From NCBI GenBank assembly GCA_049903315.1, contig JBNGBT010000008.1, positions 1 through 64,000 on the forward strand: a stretch of DNA of 64,000 bases, in the 5' to 3' direction. Position numbers and translations under genes: made by a program. This DNA comes from Candidatus Cloacimonadota bacterium. Its GTDB lineage: Bacteria; Cloacimonadota; Cloacimonadia; JGIOTU-2. Positions 1 to 11,600 of the stretch are shown here, one piece after another. How positions within the stretch are numbered: position 1 is the stretch's first letter; every line of letters begins with the position of its first letter. Below the pieces are notes generated by a model that saw only the letters and a list, made by a program, of their open reading frames with translations, made no database searches and had not been told where the DNA came from.

Positions 1-681
1 AAGATTAACCGGGATTGAACCTTTATTCACTTCGTTGTTGGAGAATTCTAGATCAGTAACCTCACAGCCAACGTTGTTACCAAACGATCCACCGATCTTC
101 CATGGATTACAGATCTTGTCATCAGGTCCAAAGAATTTGTTGGCAAACATATATACATCAGAGATAGCTTGAGGAGAACTTCCTCCACCAATGTATACAC
201 CAACTGATGGACTGGTCGTAAGCGTGAATTCACAGTAAGTGATGTCCAGGTTATCAATAGGACCACCTGAGGAATTTACCAGCAGTGCAGTACCTGCACC
301 GTCGGGGTCAAACTCGAATAGGTGGAAAGACACGTCGCTTGCAGTGACTTCCTGTTCACCAAGAAGTGTTACTGCTTGCTTGACGTTTTCACCTTCAAGG
401 GAGACGCCAACATCAACTACGAAATCTTCTGTGAACGTACCAGCGTAACAGAATATCTCATCATAGAGGACCGCAGCATCGATTGCAGCCTGTATGGATG
501 AGAAGTATAAATAAGGGTCATCCTTAAACATTTGATGCAATTTCACAGGAGCAAAATCAACACCAGTTGCATATCCAGCATTTAACCATGGAACATAATC
601 AACATAGTCTGTAACAGGCATACCCTGTGCATCTACGTTGAAGGTGTTGCCGTCATGGTCAGGACCATTTACGCTATTCCA
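1..681 (-). pseudogene. In-frame continuation (227 open codons, runs off window edge) of the 682..3513 surface protein beyond an internal TGA
   Basis: Manual translation past the TGA at 682-684 gives WNSVNGPDHDGNTF...DYVDYVPW...YFSSIQAAIDAA...NPWKIGGSFGNNVGCEVTDLEF...SIPVNL with no stop to position 1. This repeats NGPDH/DHVDYVSW/YFSSFQTAIDAA and NPWKIGGYFGTPVGC...SIPINL in the upstream ORF. Confidence 0.85.
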
Positions 682-3513
682 TCAGTTAGATTCACAGTCA
701 GCAAGGACGGTAGTGGTATTAGTAACAGCTGAATTGATGCCCTTAATTAATGAGATCACAAAGTCGTTTTGTGTTATCTCGAGATCGGTTGTTAAACCGG
801 TAGCCAGCAAGATACCTTCATCACAATTTTCAAAGAGGTTGTATTGTATCGTTCCAGCCAGCGTACCAGTGGTCTCATGGGATTCTACCCAGATACCTCT
901 GGAGATAGCATACATTTCATTATATTCTATTACAACGTTAACATTATCATTACCATACCAGTCTATATAGCGTATGAAGGCTCGTTCTACGGTTGCGTCA
1001 TCACCATCAATTTCATTATATTGAACTGTTACATTGCTTGCATCGATAGCGATACCATAGTCGATATAACCCTCGAAAATGTTTCCATCAATGGTGACAC
1101 CGCTGATAAATTTACCAGGAACCGAGAATGGGCTGACATAGATACCTTCTGCACCATCAGTGCTTCCTTCATCCATGTCGAGGTAGAAGTAGTTATCTTC
1201 GATGTTAAGCCCAGTAATATCAATGGTGTAACCGGTTTGTATCATAGTACCATCACCGTAGAATTCGTTAAGGGAAATTTCTACACCGGAAACTTCTGCC
1301 GGACATAATACTTCGTCATATTCACCAACAGCAATACCGGTAAAGACACTTTCACGATCACCAAAGTCAAACACAAGGTCTGTGAATGTGGTATTTGAAG
1401 CGTAGATTTGCACATCATATATGCCTGCCGCTGGAGCTGCAGTAGGTTGGATAGTTGCGGTCTCACCAATATAACTCTGGAAGGTAAGATTTTCCACATC
1501 AACAGTGAACTGCTCATCGAAATAACCTACATGGGCGTAAATCATATCTCCAGCTGCAGCAGCATCTATCGCGGTTTGGAAGGATGAGAAGTAGGTAGTT
1601 GCTTTTACCGCATCATCTTTTTCGATAGGAGCGAAGAGTGCCCCTGTTGGATCCCAACCGACACCACCGGCATTCCATGTGCCAGAATCATACCAGCTGA
1701 CATAGTCAACATGATCGCTGACCGAACCGCCATGATGACTAGCAGGAGTTTCAAGATAAGTATTATCTACATGATCAGGACCATTGCCGCTTGCACCCCA
1801 GTAGTTCATGGAAGCATCGAGTACAAAGCCTGCTAATTGTGAGCGAATACTCACAACGCCAAAGTCATAAGCGCCAGCAATGCTATCGTCAAAGAAGTTA
1901 TAATTAATCGCAATACCGGAACCAAAGTTAACATCACCATAAACCGGAGGTGTGGCAGTATCGATTCCTATACCATAGGAATTATTGCCGTCAACCTGGT
2001 TGTGGGTAAATTCGAAGTTGGAAAGAACACCTGTCGGCGTTTCACCAGCATCATCCCACACGTACAGCACACCGTCAGTATCTGTAAAATTATTATAGGT
2101 AACTTCTATATTAGTAATATTTTCATCATGAAGATTGATAGGAATTGAAGCTTTGTCAACAACATTACCCTCGAACAGGAGATCATCAACGGCACAGCCC
2201 ACGGGTGTTCCGAAGTAACCACCGATTTTCCATGGATTTGCTGCTTTACCAGCAGGCCCTTGGAAGGTATTATCAATAATATCAATATCACTCACCGCAT
2301 TTGGTGTAGTGTAACCACCGACAAGGATACCAATTGCCCCACCATCAGCAAGATCAAAGTAACATTCGAAGACATCAATGTTATCAATTACCCCAGCGGA
2401 TGAGTTGATTGTAATAGCAATAGCATCAGGATCTAAAGTAAGGTTTTCGAACCAGACATTATCAGCAGTTACATCAAAATCACCGTATACAGTATATCCA
2501 TCCTTTGCGGGCTGATCTTTAGAAATAATCACAAGCCCCTTATCGATTGTTGGATCTTCAGTAATATCACTACATACGATAACATATCCATCAACAACAA
2601 CCGCATCGACACATTCGTTAATGGTGTTGAACACGTTCCACAGATATATTTGATCGTCTGTATCGCCAGGATACGGTGTGGGAAGTGTTGTTTCATCGAA
2701 ACTTGCTCCGACGTAGGTATAGGTAGGATCATAGTTTTTCACAGTAACGAATGATCCATCCGTGCCAGTATCTGTAGCAGCAAGGCTTCCCGAGTTTGCA
2801 TGTACATCCCAGAAAGTAGCGCTGACCGTTACTTTTCCATTCAGGTTTGAACCGGGAGCAGGAATGGTGTATTGAGCAGACCAGTGAAGGTTGTCTATAC
2901 CTTGGACTGCAGTAACGGTTTCTGTAACCTTCATCTCAGGTATTGTGAATGTTACCTGCGGTTCCACGGGAATTGCAGCAAGTGCTTCATCCGCGACAAA
3001 GGCAAAGGTGATCACATCACCGGCTTCACCGAGGAAAGGATTTGCATTATTAGAAGTAATTGTGTATGTGTCCAGTATAGGATCGACACCATCGTCAATA
3101 TTTATTGCCGTTGAGGTGTTCTGTAAATTTCCATTTTCAGTTACGATCGGAAATGCGGAGAGTCTGACATAATGCAATTTTAGATCATTTTTAGAAGGAC
3201 CAAATGGGTAGGCTGCCGTATTAAAGAAAAGATTGAAATAGTTGGCAGCGGGAACGCCGATGGTATTGATACTTGTGACAGGTATATTGGTGATACCATC
3301 GAGAATTTTAAAGTCGCCGATCACGTTATTCCAATCCCATCCAAGGGGGAGATCGAGATCGCTGTTCAGTTGAACGAGTATACTATCCACACTATCGTAT
3401 CCTTGGGTTTCAGAGCCGATTATATAGGCGACAGCCTTTTCGTCAGCGAGTGCTTGAGCTGAGAATGCAAGTACGAATAGTGCGATAAGTAAGATTGTAA
3501 TTTTAATTTTCAT
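682..3513 (-). CDS. Large secreted acidic surface protein with Ig-like and parallel beta-helix (pectin lyase-like) repeats
   Basis: Signal peptide MKIKITILLIALFVLAFSAQALA; RBS AAAGGAG; internal repeats (IxxNxF strands, NYWG, SFQTAIDAA). Confidence 0.8.
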   Translation of the reverse strand: MKIKITILLIALFVLAFSAQALADEKAVAYIIGSETQGYDSVDSILVQLNSDLDLPLGWDWNNVIGDFKILDGITNIPVTSINTIGVPAANYFNLFFNTAAYPFGPSKNDLKLHYVRLSAFPIVTENGNLQNTSTAINIDDGVDPILDTYTITSNNANPFLGEAGDVITFAFVADEALAAIPVEPQVTFTIPEMKVTETVTAVQGIDNLHWSAQYTIPAPGSNLNGKVTVSATFWDVHANSGSLAATDTGTDGSFVTVKNYDPTYTYVGASFDETTLPTPYPGDTDDQIYLWNVFNTINECVDAVVVDGYVIVCSDITEDPTIDKGLVIISKDQPAKDGYTVYGDFDVTADNVWFENLTLDPDAIAITINSSAGVIDNIDVFECYFDLADGGAIGILVGGYTTPNAVSDIDIIDNTFQGPAGKAANPWKIGGYFGTPVGCAVDDLLFEGNVVDKASIPINLHDENITNIEVTYNNFTDTDGVLYVWDDAGETPTGVLSNFEFTHNQVDGNNSYGIGIDTATPPVYGDVNFGSGIAINYNFFDDSIAGAYDFGVVSIRSQLAGFVLDASMNYWGASGNGPDHVDNTYLETPASHHGGSVSDHVDYVSWYDSGTWNAGGVGWDPTGALFAPIEKDDAVKATTYFSSFQTAIDAAAAGDMIYAHVGYFDEQFTVDVENLTFQSYIGETATIQPTAAPAAGIYDVQIYASNTTFTDLVFDFGDRESVFTGIAVGEYDEVLCPAEVSGVEISLNEFYGDGTMIQTGYTIDITGLNIEDNYFYLDMDEGSTDGAEGIYVSPFSVPGKFISGVTIDGNIFEGYIDYGIAIDASNVTVQYNEIDGDDATVERAFIRYIDWYGNDNVNVVIEYNEMYAISRGIWVESHETTGTLAGTIQYNLFENCDEGILLATGLTTDLEITQNDFVISLIKGINSAVTNTTTVLADCESN

Positions 3514-3585
3514 AATATATTTTCTCCTTTCAAAAATTCATTATGATTATTTTCATTTAGAAATTAATATAAATTTAATAAATTC

Positions 3586-3636
3586 CCTACTTGAGACATT
3601 AACATAATAATATAAATAAAACCTAATTGAGACATT
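3586..3636. repeat. 15-bp direct repeat pair in the AT-rich upstream region, candidate operator
   Basis: cctacttgagacatt (3586-3600) and cctaattgagacatt (3622-3636), 14/15 identical. Confidence 0.5.
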
Positions 3637-3900
3637 TTCTTTTTGTTTGTTTGTTTTTATTTTTTGCTTTTTCAAATTCAAAAAAAGTGTTACATTGGTC
3701 ATATAAATCAACAAGATTGAAATGTAAAATTAATTTCATTCTTTTTCGCATTGTACCCTTACATAATTATAGTTAATATATAAAAACCAGTTTAAGAAAT
3801 ATAAATACAACATCAGTATACTATTTAGAAAAACGATTTTTTTATTTGTCAAGTTTTTGTAAAATACTTAAATTCAATAAGGTAGTTATAAATCTTGAGC

Positions 3901-5121
3901 TTATACATCAAGTTGTTTCAAGGCTGTAACTGCAGTTTTATTTTTAACTTCAATACGGGAACCGAAGAAGTTGTTTTTGGTGATGATAAGACCGGATTTT
4001 CCTATTGTGGCAATATACACAAGTCCAACAGGTTTTTCCGTTGTTCCGCCATCGGGTCCAGCGATACCGGATACGGCTATTGCATAGTCGCTTCCCATAA
4101 ATTTCTGAACCCCGCAAACCATTTCTCTGACTGTTTCTTCACTCACTGCACCAAATTTTTCAAGCGTAGATGCCAGTACGTGTAATAGTCTCATTTTCGC
4201 TTCGTTGCTATAAGAAACCACGCCACCCAAGAAATATTCAGAACTTCCTGCATTGTCTGTGATGAGACTTTGTATAAGACCGCCCGTACAGGATTCTGCG
4301 GCAGAGACTGTTTTTCCGGAAGATAACATTTTCTTATGAAAATTTCCCTCAATGGTTTCATCATCAAAGCCATAAATATTTTGTGAAGGGATTATTTCAA
4401 TAAATTTTTGTGTGAGTTTTTCAATTTCGTGCTTAGACGTCCCATACACGCGAATATCCACCTTGCCGGATTTCGGCAAAAATGCAATGTTCGTCTCTGC
4501 GGTTTCTTGAACATTTTTAGTCTTTGTAAAGAGTATTGATTCTGGAATTCCAATAGTGCGTATTGTTTTCTGATATATTGGGTGCCTTATGATGTTTTTC
4601 AGCAAGTTTGGCATCACGTAGGAGATGAAGATGCTTTTCATCTCAGAAGGCACGCCCGGGAGAGCAAAAAAGTGTTTATTGTTTTCTGAATAATATAATC
4701 CGGGGGCGGTTCCAATTTTGTTAGGGAGTGGCGTAAATCCTTGCGGGATTTCAGATTGAGTTCTCACAATTTCGGGGATGGGAACATTTTTCACCTTATA
4801 CATTTTTTTAATATCAGCCCATGTTGAGTTATTAAATATGAGTTCCTTTTTGAAGAATTCAGCAATGGCGTATTTTGTGACATCATCATGTGTGGGTCCA
4901 AGACCGCCGCTCATGATAACCACATCAAAGTTGTCCCAACATTTTCCGATAGTTTCCAGTATCATCTTATTCTCATCTTTGATGGTTAAAGAGGTTTCGA
5001 GCGGCAGGCCTGCAGTTGAGAGGTGTTCCCCAATAAAGCTCTCATTTGTGTTTATTGTTTTACCTATCAATATTTCATTGCCAATTGCGACATATATGAT
5101 CTTTGCCATTTTTTGCTCCAT
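3901..5121 (-). CDS. cinA: CinA family competence/damage-inducible protein (MoCF-like domain plus PncC NMN deamidase)
   Basis: GNEILIG, SGGLGPTHDDVT, LPGVPSEM, AESCTGG, GAVSEE, SGIAGPDGG, KPVGLV. Confidence 0.95.
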   Translation of the reverse strand: MEQKMAKIIYVAIGNEILIGKTINTNESFIGEHLSTAGLPLETSLTIKDENKMILETIGKCWDNFDVVIMSGGLGPTHDDVTKYAIAEFFKKELIFNNSTWADIKKMYKVKNVPIPEIVRTQSEIPQGFTPLPNKIGTAPGLYYSENNKHFFALPGVPSEMKSIFISYVMPNLLKNIIRHPIYQKTIRTIGIPESILFTKTKNVQETAETNIAFLPKSGKVDIRVYGTSKHEIEKLTQKFIEIIPSQNIYGFDDETIEGNFHKKMLSSGKTVSAAESCTGGLIQSLITDNAGSSEYFLGGVVSYSNEAKMRLLHVLASTLEKFGAVSEETVREMVCGVQKFMGSDYAIAVSGIAGPDGGTTEKPVGLVYIATIGKSGLIITKNNFFGSRIEVKNKTAVTALKQLDV

Positions 5122-5265
5122 AAATCCATTATTTTGTATTGTCCGAAGCTAAAGAGAACATCGTTCAAATTACTTGACATCGAGAGATTCGTCAATGATT
5201 TCTTTCATCAATATTAGTTTTCAGTAAAAAAAATGAAATAAATGCTTTCTTTGAAAGGAGCAACT

Positions 5266-7404
5266 ATGATAACTAAGAGAAAAATTTTATTGCCCTTCAT
5301 TATTTTTTCACTCCTGTTTGTTGTCTTCCTTCATGCACAAGAGACGAAGCCCCATGCAGAAGTTATGAATCTGCAGGGAGAAGTCATATTAAATCATGAC
5401 CACCAGCTTTCACCCGCAGCAAAAGGTTCATTGCTTTATGATGGAGATATGATACTTACCAAAGAAAACTCTTTTGCGATCGTTAAATTTTCTGACAACG
5501 GTGCAATCTCAAAAGTATTTTCAAACAGCACTCTCACAATAAATTTGAGCCAGCGCGAGCAGAGCTTTATGAAGACACTCACCCTGGATGTCGGTAAGGT
5601 GTGGTCTGAAGTGACAAAGGGTAAAGGTGATTATTATATTCAAACACCAACCTCTGTTGCAGCGATCAAGGGAACTGGCTTTATGACAAATGTGGATGCC
5701 CAGACAGGTTTTACCACACTGCAGGTCTTCGAAGGCACAGTCGCATTCAGTAACGAATTCGGCAGTATTGAAGTGCCCGCAGGAAATCAGGGTTTCTCAA
5801 ACGGTATAGATCCCCCATCCTTCCAGATGATGGAAAATGTTCAAGCGCCTGAATCGCTTATGGAAACAATAATACCCGAAGAGCCAAGAATAGAATCTCC
5901 GGAACAGCAATATCAGCAGCAGGAAAAACCGGAAGTAGAACTTCAATCTGTGGACGAGCCAAAAGAAGAAACCAAACCGGATAAACCAAAAGCTCCCAGA
6001 AAATCCATCATGCCTGGATCCCTCGGCATTGGTACAGTTACTATTGATGGTGTGACATATACAAGGATTCGGTTAATGCCGGAAGTGCCGATCTGGAAGT
6101 TTAAAATCGGATTTGATTTTGATATTCTTATAGACGGCGATGGCGGTATTAGAAAGAAGGATTGGGATAATTTCAATGCATATCTTAATAAAATAATGTA
6201 TCTGGAATTTGCAAACAGGCATGACCCGCTTTATTTCCGACTCGGTGCATTTCCAAGCGTGAAATTCGGGCACGGACTCATCATGCGTGATTATACAAAT
6301 ATGCTGGACTATCCGGCAAAAAAACAACTTGGTGCAGAGGTCGCAGTCAACACAAAGACCTTTGGCTTAGGCGTGGATGTATTCTGCCCCAATGTTGACG
6401 AGCATAATATCTTTGCTGCGCGTGTGAAAGGCGTTCCTTTTGCAACAACAGGAATTCCGTTCCTAAATAACCTCGAAGTAGGGGTAACAGCAGTTACCGA
6501 CCTTAACGAACTCGGCGGCTTGAAGGACAACGATAAGGACGGTTATCCGAACACCTTTGATGATTATCCTGACGATCCCCACTATTGGGCAGATACAGAC
6601 GGAGACGGCTGGCCAGATCCTGCAAACGTAGATTCTGTCGGCAGTGTTACAATTGACCTCGATGCTGATAATAATAACGAGATCGATGTTAACCAAATAA
6701 TACCTGGATGGAATAACCTGGCTGATTATCTAAAAAATGTGTATAAATTAGGCAAAAAAGAAAGTGTCACGATCATTGGTGCTGATTACACACTTCCGCT
6801 CGTAAATACAAAACTTTTCAAGCTGTATCATTATGGCGAACTGGCACAAATTCTTGATTACGGCACGGGGGCAGTATTCCCAGGATTTGGTGCTAAATTC
6901 CTCATCTTTGATGCAACACTTGATTACCGTTTCTTTGGTGAGGATTTCGAGCCGAATTTCTTCAATTATCTCTATAATAATGAACGAGCACTCGTTGTTG
7001 GAGATTCTATTGTGACCAAGCGAAGCACGCTTAAAGGCATTAATAAATCTCAGGGATGGCGCGGAGAACTTGTTTCTCATCTCTTCAATATTATTGATTT
7101 AACTGTTGCCTACGAAGATATTCATGGAAAAGACTATAATATGGGTAAGTCAATTCTTGGTGAAGTCCGATTGAATAAAACATTTATTCCCGGCTTGGAT
7201 TATGCCTATGCCCGTTATTCCCAAACACAGGTAGAAAAATTTACGACATGGAAAAGCCCGAATGCAGTTATAGAAGCACAGATAGGCTATAAGATCACTC
7301 CCGTGACCCTCCTTGTTTGGGATTATAAAGTTTACTATATTGATAATGGCGGAGAGCTTGAAACAAAAAAGACATATAGTTTCGGGGTGCAGATAAAAAT
7401 ATAA
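5266..7404 (+). CDS. Secreted FecR-domain protein fused to a probable outer-membrane beta-barrel with TSP3-like Ca-binding loops
   Basis: RBS AAAGGAG before ATG 5266; signal peptide; FecR motif IQTPTSVAAIKGTGF..LQVFEGTV; P/E-rich linker; DNDKDGYPN and DTDGDGWPD; amphipathic strands ending YSFGVQIKI. Confidence 0.7.
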   Translation: MITKRKILLPFIIFSLLFVVFLHAQETKPHAEVMNLQGEVILNHDHQLSPAAKGSLLYDGDMILTKENSFAIVKFSDNGAISKVFSNSTLTINLSQREQSFMKTLTLDVGKVWSEVTKGKGDYYIQTPTSVAAIKGTGFMTNVDAQTGFTTLQVFEGTVAFSNEFGSIEVPAGNQGFSNGIDPPSFQMMENVQAPESLMETIIPEEPRIESPEQQYQQQEKPEVELQSVDEPKEETKPDKPKAPRKSIMPGSLGIGTVTIDGVTYTRIRLMPEVPIWKFKIGFDFDILIDGDGGIRKKDWDNFNAYLNKIMYLEFANRHDPLYFRLGAFPSVKFGHGLIMRDYTNMLDYPAKKQLGAEVAVNTKTFGLGVDVFCPNVDEHNIFAARVKGVPFATTGIPFLNNLEVGVTAVTDLNELGGLKDNDKDGYPNTFDDYPDDPHYWADTDGDGWPDPANVDSVGSVTIDLDADNNNEIDVNQIIPGWNNLADYLKNVYKLGKKESVTIIGADYTLPLVNTKLFKLYHYGELAQILDYGTGAVFPGFGAKFLIFDATLDYRFFGEDFEPNFFNYLYNNERALVVGDSIVTKRSTLKGINKSQGWRGELVSHLFNIIDLTVAYEDIHGKDYNMGKSILGEVRLNKTFIPGLDYAYARYSQTQVEKFTTWKSPNAVIEAQIGYKITPVTLLVWDYKVYYIDNGGELETKKTYSFGVQIKI

Positions 7405-7408
7405 ATAT

Positions 7409-8668
7409 ATGAAGGTTTTAATTATTGGGAGTGGCGGCAGAGAGCATGCCATCGCATGGAAATGTGCACAGAGCAAAAAGGTGGACGCTATCTTTGTTGC
7501 GCCTGGAAATCCAGGCATGGATGACATTGCTCAATGTATCCAGTTGCAGGATACCGGAGAACTGATCCGATTTGTGGAATCAGAAGGAATTCAGCTCACA
7601 ATTATTGGACCCGAACAACCACTTGCAGAAGGAATTGTTGACGAATTTATAAAAGAAGATCTTGCGGTAATTGGACCTTCAAAACTGGCTGCAGAGATCG
7701 AAGGCAGTAAAGTGTTTGCCAAAACCTTCATGAAAAAATATCGAATCCCAACTGCAGATTTTCAGGTTTTTGATGACATTGTATTTGCATTGACCCATAT
7801 TCGGGAAAAAGAATTTCCTCTTGTCATCAAAGCAGACGGGCTTGCTGCAGGTAAGGGAGTGTTCATCTGCAATAATTATACCGAAGCAGAAACGAGTCTC
7901 AATCACATTATGCACCACAATATTTTTGGTAACTCTGGGTCACAAGTTGTTATCGAAGATTGCCTTCGGGGTGAGGAAGCCTCCCTCTTTGCATTTACGG
8001 ATGGAAAGCATTTTGTCTCGACAATCCTTTCCCAGGATCATAAACAGCTCCTGGACGGAGATAAAGGACCCAATACCGGAGGCATGGGAGCATATGCACC
8101 TGCACGTTTCACGCCCGATCTGAAGAAACAGATCGATGATATGATCATTGCCCCTACCTTGAAGGGTATGCGAAAAGAAGGTAGAACCTTCAGGGGAGTG
8201 CTTTATACAGGTGTCATGCTCACAGAAAACGGTCCCAAAGTACTTGAATTTAATTGCCGGTTAGGCGATCCTGAAACACAAGTAATTCTTCCGCTTCTTG
8301 ACAACGATCTCATTGATGTGTGTGAAGCTATCCTAAATGAATGCATCGACGAGGTCGTTTTGAAATGGAAAAATAAAAGTGCAGTAAATGTGGTTATTGC
8401 CTCAGGTGGGTACCCGTCCGTTTATGAAAAAGGGTATCCTATCACAGGACTCGATAAAGTTTCTAACGACACGCTCATATTTTTTTCCGGAGTAAAAAAA
8501 GAGAAAGATTCTTTACTTACCGATGGGGGGAGAGTGTTATCCCTGACAGCACTGGGAAATGATCTTCAAGATGCAAAGGAAAAGGTGTATAAAGAAGCAA
8601 AAAAAATCTCCTTCGCACACAGCTATTACAGAACAGACATTGCACAAAAGGGAATACTCAAATTATGA
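7409..8668 (+). CDS. purD: Phosphoribosylamine-glycine ligase
   Basis: GSGGREHA, KADGLAAGKGV, QDHK..DGDKGPNTGGMGAY, EFNCRLGDPETQ. Confidence 0.98.
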   Translation: MKVLIIGSGGREHAIAWKCAQSKKVDAIFVAPGNPGMDDIAQCIQLQDTGELIRFVESEGIQLTIIGPEQPLAEGIVDEFIKEDLAVIGPSKLAAEIEGSKVFAKTFMKKYRIPTADFQVFDDIVFALTHIREKEFPLVIKADGLAAGKGVFICNNYTEAETSLNHIMHHNIFGNSGSQVVIEDCLRGEEASLFAFTDGKHFVSTILSQDHKQLLDGDKGPNTGGMGAYAPARFTPDLKKQIDDMIIAPTLKGMRKEGRTFRGVLYTGVMLTENGPKVLEFNCRLGDPETQVILPLLDNDLIDVCEAILNECIDEVVLKWKNKSAVNVVIASGGYPSVYEKGYPITGLDKVSNDTLIFFSGVKKEKDSLLTDGGRVLSLTALGNDLQDAKEKVYKEAKKISFAHSYYRTDIAQKGILKL

Positions 8669-8684
8669 AAGAAGTAGTTCATTG

Positions 8685-11600
8685 ATGAAGAAATTTTTAA
8701 CGGCAATTCTTTTCTGTTTTTTATCATCTGCGTTATGGGGAACAAACAGCTTTGAGATAGAGAAGGTGACCGAAGATTATATCCAGGTTCATCTCAAGAT
8801 AGATGAATACAATATTCCTCAAACATCGGACAGAACCACCGAAAGCCTTTCTTTACCAGATATTGAAACATATTTCCTAAACACAGAGGGCTTACCTAAG
8901 CTACCATTCATTTCAGAAAATATTGGAGTTCCACCAGAAGGAAAAGCGAGTGCAAGTATAATTTCCCAGCAATTTATTCTTCTACAAGGAGTATCTGTGC
9001 CGATCAACCATCCCTATAAAGATGAGGGCATACTTGTTCCCGATCAATCACGGCAGATCATTGAATTTCCTGTAAAAACATATTTTCCTGAACAAATCGT
9101 AGAAACTCAGGCAATTGGATATATGGGAAATAGACATCTCGGATCGTTCCGAATCTTTCCTATTCAATATAATCACTCACAAAAAACAGCGAAGCTCTAT
9201 ACCGACTTGGTAGTGCAGATCAATATCGCAGGTGATAAGACAAAGAATTACAGCCGGCACCCCAGTTATATAGACGGTTTTGCAGATAAGATGATTATCA
9301 ATAACGAGTTCTCAAAAAACTGGCGCAAAGAAAAAGAACCCGAAGCAACATCATACAAAAGAGAGAGCGAGACAGAAATATCGAAATTCAAATTTGTTAT
9401 AAATGAAAAAGGAATATACAAGATAAAATATAAGTATCTTAAAGACACTTTGCAAACCTGGATAGATTCACTTGAAACAGAATATGATGTGCTTCTGAAG
9501 ATCGATGAGATCAACCCGAAATATCTCCAGCTTTATAATATGGGCGAACGCATTCCGGTATATTTTTATGGGCAGGACGATGAGTCGTTTGACGAGGATG
9601 ATTATTTCGAATTTTATGCAGATATATCTCATGGTGAAGACTGCTTTTATAATCCTTTTTCCTGGGAAAATGTGTATTTTCTGAGTTATGAAGAGGGAGT
9701 ACTCGGCACACGTCTTGCAGTAGAAGATGGCGGCTTGTACGAAACAAATCCTTACAGCTATCGGAAAGTGTATAATTTTGACACAGATGTTCATTTTGAA
9801 AATCAAAGTATTTACTCAAAACTAAGTCAGGTGACGCAAGTGCGCGAAGACCTCTGGTTCTGGCAGCAGATCAGTGCACCCAATATGACGAATTTTTCAA
9901 TTAAATTATATAATCCTCTTCAAAGCAATGCAAGAAGTGCGGAAGTAGAGATTTGTTTCTTCGGGGAAACCTATGCGAGCGAGAATAATACCGGAGAGCA
10001 CCACTCATTATCCTACATCAATTCTTCGCAGATTGGTTCTGAGTTTTGGTATGGGCAGAATGAGAAAATCATGACCGGCACGATGAGCAATGACAAGCTC
10101 AATAATGGCAGCAATCAAATTTATATTTCACTTCCGGGAGATACAGACGCATCGTATGATAGAATTCTCTTGGATTACATCAATATAAATTATTGGCGTG
10201 AATGCATTGCTCATAATGATATGCTGGAATTCAATAAGCCCACATCATTCTCGCCAGGTCTTATGCAATTCGAAATCAATGAATTCACTATTCCGGATAT
10301 AGATGTATATAAACTGGGAGTGAGTAAATTTGAGAATCTCAGTATTGAGTCAGGATTGCCTGAAGGTGGTGCGCCTTATATACTCACATTTCAGGATCAG
10401 GTTTTGGACGACAAAACCCAATATATTGCGGTAAGCGATTCTCAGAAGCTTATACCCAAAGAAGTTTTCCCGGATTATCCAAGTAATATCAGAACACCAA
10501 ATGAGCAAGCGGATTATCTTGTGATATCAAAGCGGGAATTTCTTGAGGAGGATATCTTTTATGATTTTGCTGCGCACTGGTATGATGAAAAAGAACTGGT
10601 TGTAAAAACCATCTCCACAGAAGCTATTTATGATGAGTTTAATTATGGACTGCGTTCTGATCAGGCAATCAAAGATTTTATTTCTTATGCGTATAATAAT
10701 TGGCAGGAACCCGCGCCACAGTATGTTCTTTTACTCGGTGATGCATGTTATGACGAAAGACCGATTTCACCAAACAAAAAATATAGTATTGTACCTTCAC
10801 ATATGAGCTGGTCATACCATGTCGGCGCTACAGTTGATGATAACTGGTTTGTTTCCATAATCGGGGATGATGAGATTCCGGATCTCGCAATAGGCAGGAT
10901 TCCCATCTGGGAAACAGGGCAGATATTACCGGCTTTTGCAAAAACTATCCAGTATAATACACAGCCAAACTTCAATGATAACTGGCGTAATCATGTGATG
11001 CTTATCGCTGGCGGTTCCGGTGTGTTTGAAGATCAGAGTCAACGCTTAAACGAGAAGTACATTCCCAAAAACTATCGTGTGTCGCGCATTTATGCACAAT
11101 CCGATCATGATGATCCATATTGGGGCAGCACGACGAACATAAAAGACTATATTGACGATGGAACTGCGTTCATGCAGTTCATGGGGCACGGCGGGGGACA
11201 GATCTGGTCGGATCTTAATCTTATGAATCTTGGAGATATTTCTACGCTTTTTAATGATAATTATCCCATAATCAGCAGCTTGACCTGTTACACTTCAAAC
11301 TTTGAATATCCTGGCACAAGCTGCCTCGGTGAAGCGTTTGTACTGGAAGCCGGTAAGGGAGCGATCGGTTTCTTCGGAGGAGCAGGCAAGGGATTTCTTG
11401 ACCAGGATGAATATCTCGGGGCATATTTCCTACAGAGCATTTTCACGTTCGGCGAAAGAAATATTGCCACAATTTGCAATATTGCAAAAGCAGAATACGC
11501 ACTCAAATATCCGTGGGATAGTGCGCACCTTGTTTTCTTACGTTCATTTAATTATTTGGGTGATCCTGCAATTGATATTGTTCTGCCATCACAGGAGCTT

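Noticed and set aside
682..684. Genome-wide UGA recoding (genetic code 4 or 25)
   Set aside because: TGA ends purD, the C25 gene and mnmE (after the conserved FCVGK) at their expected C-termini, and no other recognised gene here is interrupted by TGA
8559..8684. N-terminal extensions in the ORF track (also 17242-17373, 35289-35318, 37152-37184, 60860-60961)
   Set aside because: They overlap upstream genes or precede a better RBS/signal-peptide start
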